A DNA stretch of 63,373 bases, the filler included, from Piptocephalis cylindrospora (Eukaryota), in assembly GCA_003614145.1 (NCBI GenBank). It is 6 parts of 6 records of this genome, joined end to end, with 100 filler letters (N's around TTAATTAATTAA, not from the genome) between each part and the next. Parts side by side here need not be neighbours in the genome. Positions count along the whole stretch, not along the records: positions 21,293 to 31,807 come from KZ988034.1; positions 31,908 to 42,404 come from KZ988035.1; 4 more parts are not named here. One strand, written 5' to 3'. This document shows positions 23,638 through 35,780 of this stretch, piece after piece. The translations under genes were made by a program, and so were the position numbers. The stretch's first letter is position 1, and every line of letters starts with the position of its first letter. The notes under the pieces were generated by a model. The model was not told where the DNA came from and made no database searches. It saw only the letters and a program-made list of their open reading frames with translations.

Positions 23638-24891
23638 ATGCATACACTAACCATCCTCCCCATTCTCTTTCTCTTGGCCCCATCCTTAGCACTGAATATC
23701 CCGGAGAGCATCATTGACGGATCTCTCCTCAATACTCCACTTTTTAAGGCTCCTGTTGTTGGTCGGATCATCCGACTGGGGATCCATTCGGAGGCCCGAT
23801 CCTCCTCCCGGAACGCATCTTTGGAGGAGGGACTGGGAGATGGGCTAGGAGGAGGAAGCATTATTCTAGATTTGATTAACGAAGCGAATGTAGACTACTT
23901 TGCCACAGCATGGGTCGGAACACCTCGAAGGCCCTTCCGCCTCCTTGTGGACACGGGCTCAGCAGACATCTGGATCCCTGGGATCTATGCGCCTGACCAT
24001 GCCCACTACACGCTTGCGAACACATCCACAGCCATGTCCCCCCTTTCCTCCGGGTCAGGGGCAAGACAGTCGCTTCGGTACGGCTCGGGTCAGGTGGATG
24101 GGTTCCAGATGACCGATCTAATATCCTTTGACTCGATCGGATCCGCTTCCCGAGTGCGACATCCGTTCTTAGTAGCCACACAGACCACAGATTTTTTTAA
24201 TCATGTATCTTATGATGGCCTCCTAGGCCTGGCCTTTTCTGGGGCCTCAGCTCTTAGGCCTGCTTCACCCTCCTTGGTCAAGGCGTTGGTCGAGGCCAAG
24301 GTGATTGATCACGCTGTCTTCTCTGTCCGATACAATTACATGGATCGGATAGGCCCACTGCAAAAGAGGGGAGGGGAGTTGATCCTGGGAGGCTGGGATC
24401 CGAGGATAAATTCAATCCGCTGGGTATCGGTGTCCAGACCCAAATCCTCCCTCTGGGACCTGGATCTCCTGGCTTTCCAGGCCACAGGAGGCTCGAGCGG
24501 CACAACATCGGCTCTAGCCTTTGGCCTTGGGCACATCCGAGTCGTCTTGGATACTGGGACTAGTCTGGCAGTCCTGCCCCTTCAAGATGCAGTACGAGTC
24601 AATGAGGTCATTGGAGCGACCATATCCTCACGGGAACCAGGGGTGTGGATGCTGCCTTGTGCCCTGGACTCCCTGCCCGATCTCCAGATCGTCTTGAGCG
24701 GTCAGGCCTTTACCCTTCATCCCAAGGATTATGTGTTTAATCCTGGCAATGACCAATGTATCTCGGCTTTTCTGGGGAACCCGGGTCTAGCTCTTGGTCG
24801 ATGGATACTTGGGGATATGTGGTTCCGGGCCTACCATACCATCTTTGACATGGATCGATCCCTGATCGGGTTTGGTCCTAGGATTGAGTAA
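23638..24891 (+). CDS. Secreted pepsin-like (A1) aspartic protease, intronless
   Basis: Signal peptide; catalytic LLVDTGSADIW and VVLDTGTSL; flap YGSG; DGLLGLAF; WILGDMWFRAYHTIFD. Confidence 0.95.
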   Translation: MHTLTILPILFLLAPSLALNIPESIIDGSLLNTPLFKAPVVGRIIRLGIHSEARSSSRNASLEEGLGDGLGGGSIILDLINEANVDYFATAWVGTPRRPFRLLVDTGSADIWIPGIYAPDHAHYTLANTSTAMSPLSSGSGARQSLRYGSGQVDGFQMTDLISFDSIGSASRVRHPFLVATQTTDFFNHVSYDGLLGLAFSGASALRPASPSLVKALVEAKVIDHAVFSVRYNYMDRIGPLQKRGGELILGGWDPRINSIRWVSVSRPKSSLWDLDLLAFQATGGSSGTTSALAFGLGHIRVVLDTGTSLAVLPLQDAVRVNEVIGATISSREPGVWMLPCALDSLPDLQIVLSGQAFTLHPKDYVFNPGNDQCISAFLGNPGLALGRWILGDMWFRAYHTIFDMDRSLIGFGPRIE

Positions 24892-25305
24892 ATGTGTGAG
24901 AGATGGGGGGTTGAATTGCATTGCATCTTACATGATCACAAGCGGATGGTAGTAGTTGGTTGGTTACACACAAACTTGGATCATCTAGAGTTTTTGATTC
25001 TCCAAGATGTGCACACCTTTAATTGATAATCCACAGCGCATATACCCCCACCGAGTAGTACAGAGGGGAAGGGGGACAGACAGGGATCAGATGACTATCA
25101 GCAAAAATGCACGCGCTTTTATTGATTTTCTTTTCAGATGGATAGAGGAAAACACACAAAAGAAAGGAAACAGGACGACGACAGTGACTTGGGAAGGGGG
25201 AGGAGGGATGGAGCACGCGCCATCCCATCCATCCCTTAAAGACCAAGGAACCGACGACTAACCTCTCTCTTCTCAAGAGAAGGATGACGACACAACAGGG
25301 AAGAA

Positions 25306-25954
25306 TTAGTCGACCTCCTCGATGGTGGGACCGGACTCGTCACCACCACCGGGTGCACCACCGGGAGCGGCGCCACCGGCACCAGGAGGAGCACCGCCGG
25401 GCATACCGCCGGGCATACCACCAGCACCATCACCGTACATCTTCATCATAATGGGGTTGGCAAGCTCCTCGAGCTCCTTCTGCCGGGACTCGTACTCCTC
25501 CTTGTCGCCCTCCTGGTTATCATCGAGCCACTTGATGGCCTCGGTAATGGCAGTGTCAAGCTTGGCCTTATCATCAGCCTCGAGCTTACCGGAGACCTTC
25601 TCGTCCTGGAGGGAGTTGCGGAGGTTGTAGGCGTAGGACTCGAGACCGTTCTTGGCGGCGATGCGCTCGGCGGCAGCCTCATCCTCGGCCTTGTACTTCT
25701 CGGCCTCGGAGACCATGCGCTCAATGTCCTCCTTGGACAGACGACCCTTATCGTTGGTGATGGTGATCTTGTTGGTCTTACCAGTGGACTTGTCGGAGGC
25801 GGAGACGTTGAGGATACCGTTGGCATCAATGTCAAAGACGACCTCGATCTGGGGGACACCACGGGGAGCAGGGGGGATTCCAGAGAGCTCGAACTTACCA
25901 AGGATGTTGTTGTCCTTGGTACGGGCACGCTCACCCTCGAAGACCTGGATGAGG

Positions 25955-25986
<32 letters not shown>

Positions 25987-26215
25987 AGTCTCAGACTTCT
26001 TGGTGGGGACGGTGGTGTTGCGCTTGATGAGGGGAGTCATGACACCACCAGCGGTCTCGATACCGAGGGAGAGGGGAGCGACATCGAGGAGGAGGAGATC
26101 CTGGGTCTTCTCGGAGGTATCACCGGAGAGAATAGCGGCCTGGACGGCGGCACCGTAGGCGACAGCCTCATCGGGGTTGATGGATTTGTTGGGTTCCTTA
26201 CCGTTGAAGTAGTCA

Positions 26216-26256
<41 letters not shown>

Positions 26257-26788
26257 GACGAGGACGATCTCATCGACGCCGCCCTTGTCCATCTTGGCGT
26301 CACGGAGGACCTTCTCAACGGGGTCCATGGTGGAGCGGAAGAGATCCTGGCAGAGCTCCTCGAAACGAGCACGGGTGAGGGAGGTGTAGAAATCAGTACC
26401 CTCGAAGAGGGAATCGATCTCGATGGAGGTCTGGGCAGAGGCGGAAAGGGTACGCTTGGCACGCTCGCAAGCGGTACGAAGACGACGGAGGGAACGGGCG
26501 TTACCGGTGATATCCTTCTTGAACTTGCGCTTGAACTCCTGGGTGAAGTGGTTGACGAGACGGTTATCGAAATCCTCACCACCAAGATGGGTGTCACCAG
26601 CGGTGGACTTGACCTCAAAGATACCCTCTTCAATGGTGAGGAGGGAGACATCAAAGGTACCACCACCAAGATCGAAAATGAGAACGTTCTTCTCACCGGT
26701 CTCGCCCTTCTTGTCAAGGCCGTAAGCGATGGCGGCGGCGGTGGGCTCGTTGATGATACGGAGGACGTTGAGACCGGCGATCATACCA

Positions 26789-26844
<56 letters not shown>

Positions 26845-27270
26845 AGCGTTGGAGACCTTACCACCGAGGAAAGCCTCGGCAGTCTCGCGCATCTTGAGAA
26901 GGACCATGGAGGAGATCTCCTCGGGGGTGAAAGTCTTGGTCTCACCCTTGTACTCGACCTGGATAATGGGCTTGCTTTCCTTGTCGATGACCTTGAAGGG
27001 CCAGTGCTTCATGTCGGACTGGACCTCGTCGTCGGCGAAACGACGACCGATAAGACGCTTGGCGTCAAAGACGGTGTTGTGGGGGTTCATGGCGACCTGG
27101 TTCTTGGCGGCATCACCGATGAGACGCTCGGTGTCGGAGAAAGCAACGTAGGAGGGGGTGGTACGGTTACCCTGGTCGTTGGCGATGATCTCGACACGAT
27201 CATTTTGCCAGACACCGACGCAAGAGTAGGTGGTACCAAGATCGATACCGACGGCCTTTCCTTCGGACAT
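25306..27270 (-). CDS. HSP70: Cytosolic Hsp70 (SSA type), intronless
   Basis: [37 protein letters not shown] repeats and terminal GPTIEEVD; strong codon bias. Confidence 0.99.
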
Positions 27271-27312
27271 GATGGGTGATATGAGTTTGCGGTGGAGGGA
27301 AAGGGAAGAGAA

Positions 27313-27408
27313 GGGGGGGGGGGGGGGGGGGGGGGGGGAAAAAAAAGAGGAAGGGGGGGGGGAAAAAAAGAAAAAAAAAGAGGGGGGGAGGGGGGGGGGG
27401 GGGGAGGG
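27313..27408. repeat. Poly-G/poly-A homopolymer tract (low-quality or misjoin-prone)
   Basis: Alternating long G and A runs immediately upstream of the Hsp70 start. Confidence 0.9.
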
Positions 27409-27485
27409 ACATATGCGTGAGTTGGATTAAGATAACAATGATGGGACAAAGCTAGCCCCTTACCACCAAGCCACCCTAAACTTAC

Positions 27486-29030
27486 CCTTAGCCCTACTGG
27501 TAGAAAGGAGGGGCTGGGTCTGAGGAAGAAACTGAGCCTGTAACCTAGCAAGTTTTTGCCGTCTCTCCCGGATCAATCGCTCCTCCTGGTCTTTTGGATC
27601 CTCCAAGATCAACTCCTCCACTTGTTCCTCCCGCTGTTCCAAGACTTTTCGTTTCTTCGAAGTAATCACCCTTGGATCTTCCATGATGGGATAGACGGAT
27701 TCAAGAGGGTCTTGAGAGTGGGAAAGACGAGGTTCGGTGGAGATACTAGGGATGTAGGAGGATAAGAGGGGGGGGAAGGAGGGATGAATCGTAGAGCGAA
27801 TACTAGCAAGACTTACTTTGTAGAATGAGATGCTTCCGAGGATGATTCAAGTGAGGGGCTAAAGGAAAAAGCATCCTTTCCTCCTCCCCTCCTTTCATCC
27901 TGTCTAGGAGGGGGGAGAGGCGATAAAGATGGGGAATGGCTCTTCCTTTTTTTCATGCCTTCTCTAGAGATATGATCTGAAGGAAAAGAGGGATCGACGG
28001 AAGAGTGGGGGGATGAGGAAGAACGGGAACGGGACTTGGAGTGAGATCGGGTATCCCGATATCTTCTCCTCTGCTCATCTTCCTCGTACAAGGAAGTTTC
28101 CCTCCTCCAACTTTCCTCTCTTCCGGGTCTCTCCGATGGATATGCTCTATCCTTTCTTTCTTCCCTTGATCTATGATCCTTTCTGGAACGAGAGGAGGAT
28201 CGATGATAATGCGAATCAATCTCTCTTTCCCTGGAGCGTCGACGAGAACGGGAAGAAGGATGGGGATCCGCCCTTCCTCTCTCCATCCTAGGGATGAGAT
28301 GAGTAGACCGATGAGTGGGGTCAATTCTGTCCCCGTACATGTCATACTCGACTCCCCTATCCCCTGTATCCCTCCCCTCGTACTCTATGCTCCTATAGTA
28401 GGCTTCTCTGATGTCATAGCCCTCCCTCCCTACCTCCCTTCCGCTTCTCCGGTTTGTGTCATCAAGGGAGGCATTCCTCCGAGAACGGTGGCTATCATGA
28501 GGTATACGAGATTTAGAGGGTGAATCCCGACCATCATGGTTCATGCGGGGACCCGAGGGAAAGCGTTGACGATCATGGTCCATGTGGGATCCGGAAGGAG
28601 AGGCACGACTCTGGGGTGAATAAGACTTTACGGAGGGATGGGCATGGGTGAGTGGGGAGGAAGGGGCGGGGTGGCAAGTATCCCTCGCGGGATCAAGAGA
28701 GGGAAGGGGGACGCCAAAGGTCATCTCACCACTGCCAGGGCCCTGAATGTGATATGTGTCAACAGGCTGATAATGGGAGGGCCCACCCGAGGCCGGGACT
28801 TGTCCCTCCTCTTCTTCTTCGTCTTCTTCTCCCTCTTCTTCGTGACCACGAGGAAGAGGAGGAGGAGGGTCCGATGGGGTCTGTAGATCCTGGGAAGCCA
28901 AGCCGTCAGGGTGTGTCTGAAGAGGTGGGAGAGGCCTCTCTCCCTCCTTCCTTAAACGAGGCCCTTGGACCATGGAAGTATTGGGCATGAAAGTATCCTT
29001 TGGGGAAGAGAGTGAGGTGATGGGGGGCAT
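27486..29030 (-). CDS. Arg/Ser-rich protein N-terminal part (possibly Prp4-type splicing kinase), 3' portion missing
   Basis: 405-aa low-complexity RS-rich ORF. Intron 27746-27816 joins in frame to ...EDPKDQEERLIRERRQKLARLQAQF. The next GTAAGT donor at 27485 runs into the homopolymer tract. Confidence 0.55.
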
Positions 29031-30424
29031 GGGTGGTTGGAGTGAGGGGAAGGTCAGAAAGACGTTGAAAGGATGCTGATCAAAACAGGGTTAGAATACC
29101 CACCAAGTCTGTGGGAGGAGCAAGAGAGGATGGGGTGAGTGAGTAGGTTTGAGAAGGAGAGGAGGTGGAGGTGAAAGAGAGAGAGAAAGAGAGACCAGTC
29201 CATTTCATCCCGACCTATTGGCCTCTCTTTATGGAATCATAGTGTGTGACCCGGACGGACCTTGGCCAGGAAGCGCTTGATCTCGCCTTCTCCCCACCGC
29301 TACTGGGCTGTGAAGTATCAGTGTGGGGTGGTCGAGAGAGGATGGTGGAGCACACACACCACTACTCATCCTCAGAGTGAGCCTTCTTCCACTCATGCCA
29401 GAGCAAGACACCAGGGGTAAGTGCATGAAATATGAAATTACATATCCCAAAATCAAATGCCTATTTTGGATCAGTAGAAAAATTGGGCTCGGACAAAATA
29501 GTAACACCCAACCGAGACGCAGCAGTATGACCAGTCTCACATATAGCAGGAGCGAGAGGAGTCTGTGAGGGAGAGACGACGACCGGGAGCGGGTGGATCA
29601 GGCCCTCATCGAACCTCGGTCTCCTTCCCCTTCTCTCCCCTTTCCTCACCCATTCCCTTCATCCCTTCCTCACGCTTCCCTCCTCCCTCCTCCTCCTCTC
29701 TCTTTCTCTCTCCCCTTTCCGTTTTTTGAACACTGCTTGCCCACGCTTCCATCTGTCCTATCTAAGATGTCCTAGGGCCTCTTATTGCTTTTCGTCTTCC
29801 TTGTCCAATGAGCCTTTCAGGGTCGGATACAGTCTGTGCAAGATTCCCAAGCCCTTGGGACGCCTGACCTAGCCGGTCTTGGGCCTCAAGAGTTGAACCA
29901 GATATGCATCAGGATTGACCTACCAGGCCATGAACTCCCCAGACCCGTCTGATAAATGGCAGGGGCTCCCCCTCCCCTACCAACCAGGGTGGGACAAGGC
30001 GAGGCCTAGTCCCTTTCCTTTGCCTTTTACCTAGGCTCCTATGTCATTCCCCTCCCTCTCCTCCTCCTCCTTCTCCGTTGACCGAGTTTGCTGGAGACCA
30101 AGACAAGGGAAGACGGGACCATCCTGGAATCAGAGTTTAGCAACCTTTCTGGAGATGGACGGAAGCTCCTCTCCCAGTCCCTCACTGATGTGGTCAGCGT
30201 TGACTGACCCAAAGGCGTCAAGCATCTATGCCGTTCCGTGTCTTCCTCCCCCCCTCCCTCCAAATCTCCATCGGCCAATCCTGAACCTGGACCCCAACCT
30301 CTAGTGGGGATCACGGGATCCCACCATTAGGACGATGAGACCAGCTGATGGGGGGAGAAAGAGTTGGTCATCCATTATATGTGTGGAGCCAAGCCCTCCC
30401 CCCAAGGACAAGCTCTCTCGCCCG

Positions 30425-30449
30425 CACACACACACACACACACACACAC
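30425..30449. repeat. (CA)n microsatellite
   Basis: Read directly from the sequence. Confidence 0.9.
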
Positions 30450-30780
30450 GCCCATACTGCTTGAATTGAATTGTGTGTGGGCGTGAGTGTCAAAAACTGT
30501 ACAGTTTATCCGCTTGGGAGGAAGAGGGAGTAATATGTGTAGCGGATGGTCCAAGGTCTGGGATCTTAGATGGACCTGTGGCAGCCAAGTGTCTTTATGT
30601 GGCCAGGTATGTGTGTGCGGTAAGGATGAGGGAGGGAGTGGATTTCCCACCAGACCACCCTGGCCCTCTCCTATTGCCACACATACAACCCGGCCACACC
30701 TAGCCACACACATAGATACACACAGACACACATTCACCCGGTGAGGGACATGAAAAAAAGGGATGAGACCCCAGTCGATG

Positions 30781-30838
30781 ATTGGTCAGCCCCTGGGCTG
30801 GGCCTTTTACGAGTGGCTCCTCCCCGTCACTATAAAAG
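30781..30838 (+). promoter_or_regulatory. Candidate core promoter: inverted CCAAT box and TATA box
   Basis: ATTGG at 30781 and TATAAAAG at 30831, followed by a pyrimidine-rich leader upstream of the 31444 ORF. Confidence 0.45.
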
Positions 30839-31443
30839 GGCCATGGTCATCTCCACATCCGCACTCACATCCCCCGGTCATCCCTCGCCCCCTTCAAACC
30901 CACACACTATCCCTTTCACTCACACACACACACCTCCCCTGTCCTGTTCTTTGATTGGCTGCTCCCCCTCATCACACACCCGTTCCCTATTCCATCTGGT
31001 CTGTCAAATCCTCCCCCATCATCCTCTCTCCCTCTCCCCCCATCCTTCCTCTCTCTTACTGTGTGCACAGAAAGAGAGTGTCGGAGCACCCCCCCCCATC
31101 GCCATCTGCCTTCCCCGTCTCCCCTTATTGTTGTCTTTGTTGTTGTTATCCCCTCCTCTCCCCCCTCCGATCTTCATCCTTCCTTCGAGGTCACTCGCTT
31201 GATCCCTCTTCCCTTTTAAAAAGGTATAGATGACTTTTCCCTTCCTTGTCACTCTTCTGCAGGCTTTACTCTTCGTGTACTCCGTTTGCTTGTGGGGGGC
31301 GGATCTGATCAAGTGCAGATCCACCCTTTGCTTCTGATCTATGTTTCTTTTAGCCTCGCCTCCCTTACTCACCCTCCCCCTTTTCTCTGTAGAACCCCGT
31401 TAAAGTCTCCACTTTATCCCAGCCCGTCCAAGCCATCGTCATC

Positions 31444-31807
31444 ATGTCGGATCTCTTCTACCAGCTCGATCCCTTAAGTCAAGGGTATGCGGCAGCAGCC
31501 GTCTACCCCACCAACAACGGGCAGCAGTCCTCCCAACAACAACAATCGCAGCAGCAATCGCATCCCCAGCATCCTGGGCAGCAACACGGGATGGGCATGA
31601 ATGGTAACCAAGGCGCCCATCCAACCCACCCCGGAGTACGACAACACGACGGCGCTCATGTCCAGCATCCTCAACACCAACAGCATCACCACTATCTTCC
31701 CACTCCACAATCACAACAACAGCATCACTCTGGATCCCAGGAATCCAATCACGGTATGATCAACTCGTCCGCTACTACCGGTCCCGGAGGAGGTCTACTA
31801 CTCCCCA
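31444..31807 (+). CDS. N-terminus of a Gln/His-rich (prion-like, probably regulatory) protein, truncated by the contig end
   Basis: Good ATG context (ATCATG); MSDLFYQLDPLSQGYAAAAVYPTNNGQQSSQQQQ... stays open to the gap. Confidence 0.7.
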
Positions 31808-31907
31808 NNNNNNNNNNNNNNNNNNNNNNNNNNNNNNNNNNNNNNNNNNNNTTAATTAATTAANNNNNNNNNNNNNNNNNNNNNNNNNNNNNNNNNNNNN
31901 NNNNNNN
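31808..31907. other. Artificial contig-joining spacer
   Basis: N44-TTAATTAATTAA-N44. Confidence 0.99.
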
Positions 31908-32041
31908 CCATCCCCTACCTGATCTCATCTTTGTCCCTTTCCCTACCTTCTTGGATTAACTTCTTCCCTTTTCTTTTGGCCTCCTTTCCCTCTTAGTTCT
32001 TCCCCTTACTATTACCTATTATCTACTCTTCAAAATCCTCC

Positions 32042-32394
32042 ATGGCCCCACCTGCCCGCAACCCTGAGCGTATGTCGGAGCTCAAGCTCAAGAAGCTCCA
32101 GGAGACCAATGCTCGTCTTCGTCAGCAACTGGAGATGCCCCGTATCCCCGTGTCCGATGCCAGCGCATCGTAAGTGCCTCTGAACCTGTTGAGACCACCT
32201 GGGACAGGAGGGAGGACTTGCTGGGAGGCTCATGTCCCTGATATCACTCAACCCCCCTCCCCCTCAACGCCAGATTGGTCCAATACGTCCAAAGTACCCG
32301 GGATACCCTCTTGCCCTCCATCTGGGGTCCGTTGGATAAGCGGGAGGATCCATATGCTCCCGTGGGTGGTGGTTGTACCTGTACGGTCATGTAG
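32042..32394 (+). CDS. Heterotrimeric G-protein gamma subunit (82 aa; intron 32170-32273)
   Basis: Hand-spliced MAPPARNPERMSELKLKKLQETNARLRQQLEMPRIPVSDASASLVQYVQSTRDTLLPSIWGPLDKREDPYAPVGGGCTCTVM*; GGL fold motifs and a CaaX box. Absent from the ORF track. Confidence 0.93.
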
Positions 32395-33008
32395 GGAGGA
32401 GATCTACTTTCTATTTGTCCATCTAAGTCGTAGTATGTGTGTGTGATTGTGTGTGTGTGAATGGGTGCAACGAGGAAGGATCTATGCGAGTGAGGAGAGG
32501 GGAAGGGAAATACGGGTAGCTTGAAGCGTGAGGGAGGAGGATTTCAGTGAGATGAATGCAGGAAATAGTAATGAGGGTGTGATAGAGGGAGGATGGACGA
32601 CGGTGATGTATGTATCGTACACGACATGGACCTCTTTCCATATCCCCACGCTTCCTCCCTCTCTCTATCCATCCCATCCTACCCTGTCCATCACTCCATC
32701 CTCTCCTCTCTCCTTCTCATGCCCATCCATCTTGTCCTCCTCATCCTCCTAATGACTCGTCAATAGAGTACGGTTCCATTTCTTTTATATTTATAATCAA
32801 GACAGAAAAAGGATGAATGTACTCATCCCCCCCTCTCCCCGTTCCCCTTCTCCTCTTCTCTCCTCTCTTTCTTTCTCATCCCTCTCTTGTTTCCCCCTCT
32901 TCTCAATACCAAGATATCCGCGGATACACACAACCAACACCTATCATACAACCCTCTTCTTACATCAGCATCTACCCTTCCCTCCCCCCCTCCCCATCCT
33001 TGTCTTCC

Positions 33009-35780
33009 TCAGTTCCAGGGGGGAGGAAAAATGTCATCGATAAACTCTAGGATCCTCTCCACGGCCTTGCTCCTTGGGCCCATGTCGGCCAAGGGATTAT
33101 CTGGGTCGTCCCTTCCTACCATGAGGGTTGGACCAAAGACAATGCCAATGTTCTTTCGATTCATCTTATTTTCCGCACAATTTAACGACACGCTGTATGC
33201 CATGGAAGGGAGATAGGATGGGAACTGTGAGTGTGCATGCAAGTAGGCCCTTTGCCCTCGTGACCCTGCCCCCCCTCCCCTCCCCTTCTCCTTACCGATG
33301 AAGATGTCGGAAGAGGTACTGGGCAGTGGCATAGTTGGGTCTAGGAAGATGCCTAACCACCTGAATCAGCCTATCTCTACTCTCTTGGGGCGGAAGAGTG
33401 GCTGCGTGGATAAACTCGGAGTAGAGGTGGTTGGTGAGGAGGGGTTCGGGTAGTTCTCGAAAGTACAGCTTAAGCACTCCGGACACAATGTTGATATCTA
33501 GGAGCCAATCCCCCTGGGAAAGATCTACTAGTTCCGCGTCTATGGACCACAAAGGGATAAGTGCGGGATGATGGCGTGAAAGGTGCAACCTAGAGATGAC
33601 ATACCTCGATTCAACAGAGCCTTCAACGCCCGAATCTTGGAACTTTGACCCGACATTCGATAAATGCCCTGACTATCAAACCCATGAGCCTCTACGGCCG
33701 TGGCACACTTGACCAGGATGGCGGGGACCTCTAATTGATCCCTCCTCAAATGTTCCTCCAATGCCACTCCAAAAATGGGCTTGGGATTGACGTAGCTTTG
33801 AGCCGTTGCCGACTAGGGGGTTGATCAGAAGGATGAGTTAGCGGGCGGTGATGAGCCTAGCTTAACCTATGTTATTCTATCTCTCCCTCGGACCGAACCT
33901 ACCATGGCATATTCGGTATAGGGAATATCGCTGGTCTCGTGGCTTCGTGACTTTGACCTGTATCCTGCCAAAAAGGAGGAAAAGTCCAATGGGTTATCCA
34001 CCTGATTAACGATCCAGCGTAAGCCTAAAGAATCAAGGGTGAGCAAGGGCCTACATCTCAACGCCCTCTCCCTCGCCCTCGCCCTCCTCCTCAAAGCACT
34101 CTGACTCACCTTCACCGTTATTTGGAATGATGGTAGAAGCCTCGCTAAATTCCGCGCTCTCATAGGTAAAGGCATACTTGGCCAGGAGATACTGCATCCC
34201 AGCATCAGATTCGGACACACACTCCATCAGAGCTCGAAGTAACTTGGGCAGGGTGTACGTGTAGTAATCCTGTCGAGCCGTATTGGTGATCTGCAGCTGA
34301 GTCTTGTAGTTTTCATTGGCTTGTCCAGCCTTGTACCTCGCCTCTTCCTCCATCTTGGAGAGCTATTAAAGATTGGCTGTCAGTAAGGGTATACTCCATG
34401 GGGATGACCTCTTCCCTAACCACCCTATTACACATCCCAGCTCACCTGGCTAGGGGTCTTGATCTGTTTAAAGATGCCTCCAAGAGGATTACTTCGCTTC
34501 ATCATACCAGATCCAGAGGTGGAGCCATGGCCATTAGCCGTTCCAGAACCAAGGGAGGAGGAGGGGGAAAACAGGGCCCCGGATCCAGGACCGCCCGAAG
34601 GGCCCATCATGGCAGGAGCACCCTCCCCAGCACCCTTTTGCAGGATGACCTTTTCCCACTCCTCACTGGTCCCTTCGTACTTGTGCCGGGATTTATCTAG
34701 GGCAGCTTCGGCGTCCGAGAGATGGCGTTCGAATTTCTGGGACATGTCCTTGAGCTCCTTCCTAGACCGTTCATTCCCCTTGTACAGGGTGGTCATGGAG
34801 GTGGCGACCTCGGTGATCCCATTGGCAAACTTGAGCCGGGAGAGCGCCACAGCCTCGTGGACCCGAAGGAATTTACCGTACGCTTCGCCCCAGGACCCAG
34901 ATTTCCCCTCATCCCGGGCTGCTTCGGCATCGGCACTGACAACCAATTTCATCATCCCCCGAGCATACTCCTCCTCGAGAAGGGCACGTTTCCGGAGAAA
35001 GGCTGCGGATTCCCGGGCCGAGTAGGAGTTTTGCTTGAGCCGATCCAGCAGAAGGGTCGTCCCTGAATCCAGCTCACATAGTGTCTGAAGGACAGTCTCT
35101 AATCCATTGGCATGGCCAAAAGAGGACATGGAGGCCCTGGGACCTGCATGGGCCGGGACATGCTGGGGTAGCGAGGTGGAGGAGGTGAGGGGAGGGGCAC
35201 CATGGGGTATGGAGCCCTGGGCTGAATCTTTCCGTGGGGGAGGGAGGGTCATGGTGGCGGATTGGGGTACATTGGGGACCAAAGGTTTACGCGACCCATC
35301 TACGGCGGTCCCCTGGGAGGCCGAGGAAACGAGCTTGGGTACAGGGTGCGCCAAGTTTCTGGAAATGGTGTTTGGTATGGTGGATCGCGCCTTGGAGGAG
35401 TGTCGGACAGGCGAGGTGGGGATGGCAGAGGAAGAGGAGAAGGAGGAGGAGGAGGAGTTTGAGGAGGCATGGGGGGTAAGAGCCGGTGGTGATATTGATC
35501 TGGAGGGCTGGGGTGGACCTGCCATCGTGGTGGAGGAGGAAGAGATGGAAGAGGCGGCAATGGAGGAGGTGGAGGGAGACGACGAGTACGAGACGACGGA
35601 GGGAGGGGGAGGGGCCCCTTCTGAATCCGAGTCATCCGTGGAGCCGACGGGCTCAAAGGCAAAGGCTGCGTTGAGATCGGACATGAAATCGGGAGATAAG
35701 AGCGGCTCCTGGTTGAGGACTGACTCTACTGCCGAGGAGTGGGTGGAGGAGGAGGAGGAGGCGAAAGAGTCCTTTCGCAT
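33009..35780 (-). CDS. F-BAR (FCH) + RhoGAP protein (Rgd1/Rga7-like), multi-exon
   Basis: FLRKRALLEEEYARGMMKL (FCH); IFGVALEEHL..VPAILVKC..GIYRMSG (arginine finger); VLKLYFRELPEPLL; NKMNRKNIGIVFGPTL. Confidence 0.92.

Noticed and set aside
25322..27279. Long antisense and alternate-frame ORFs over Hsp70 (also over LYS12, PDA1 and the CAP genes)
   Set aside because: Expected shadows of strong codon bias; the Hsp70 antisense frame is a well-known artefact.
29760..30310. Short ORFs such as 30041-30304
   Set aside because: No recognisable motifs or consistent exon chain.
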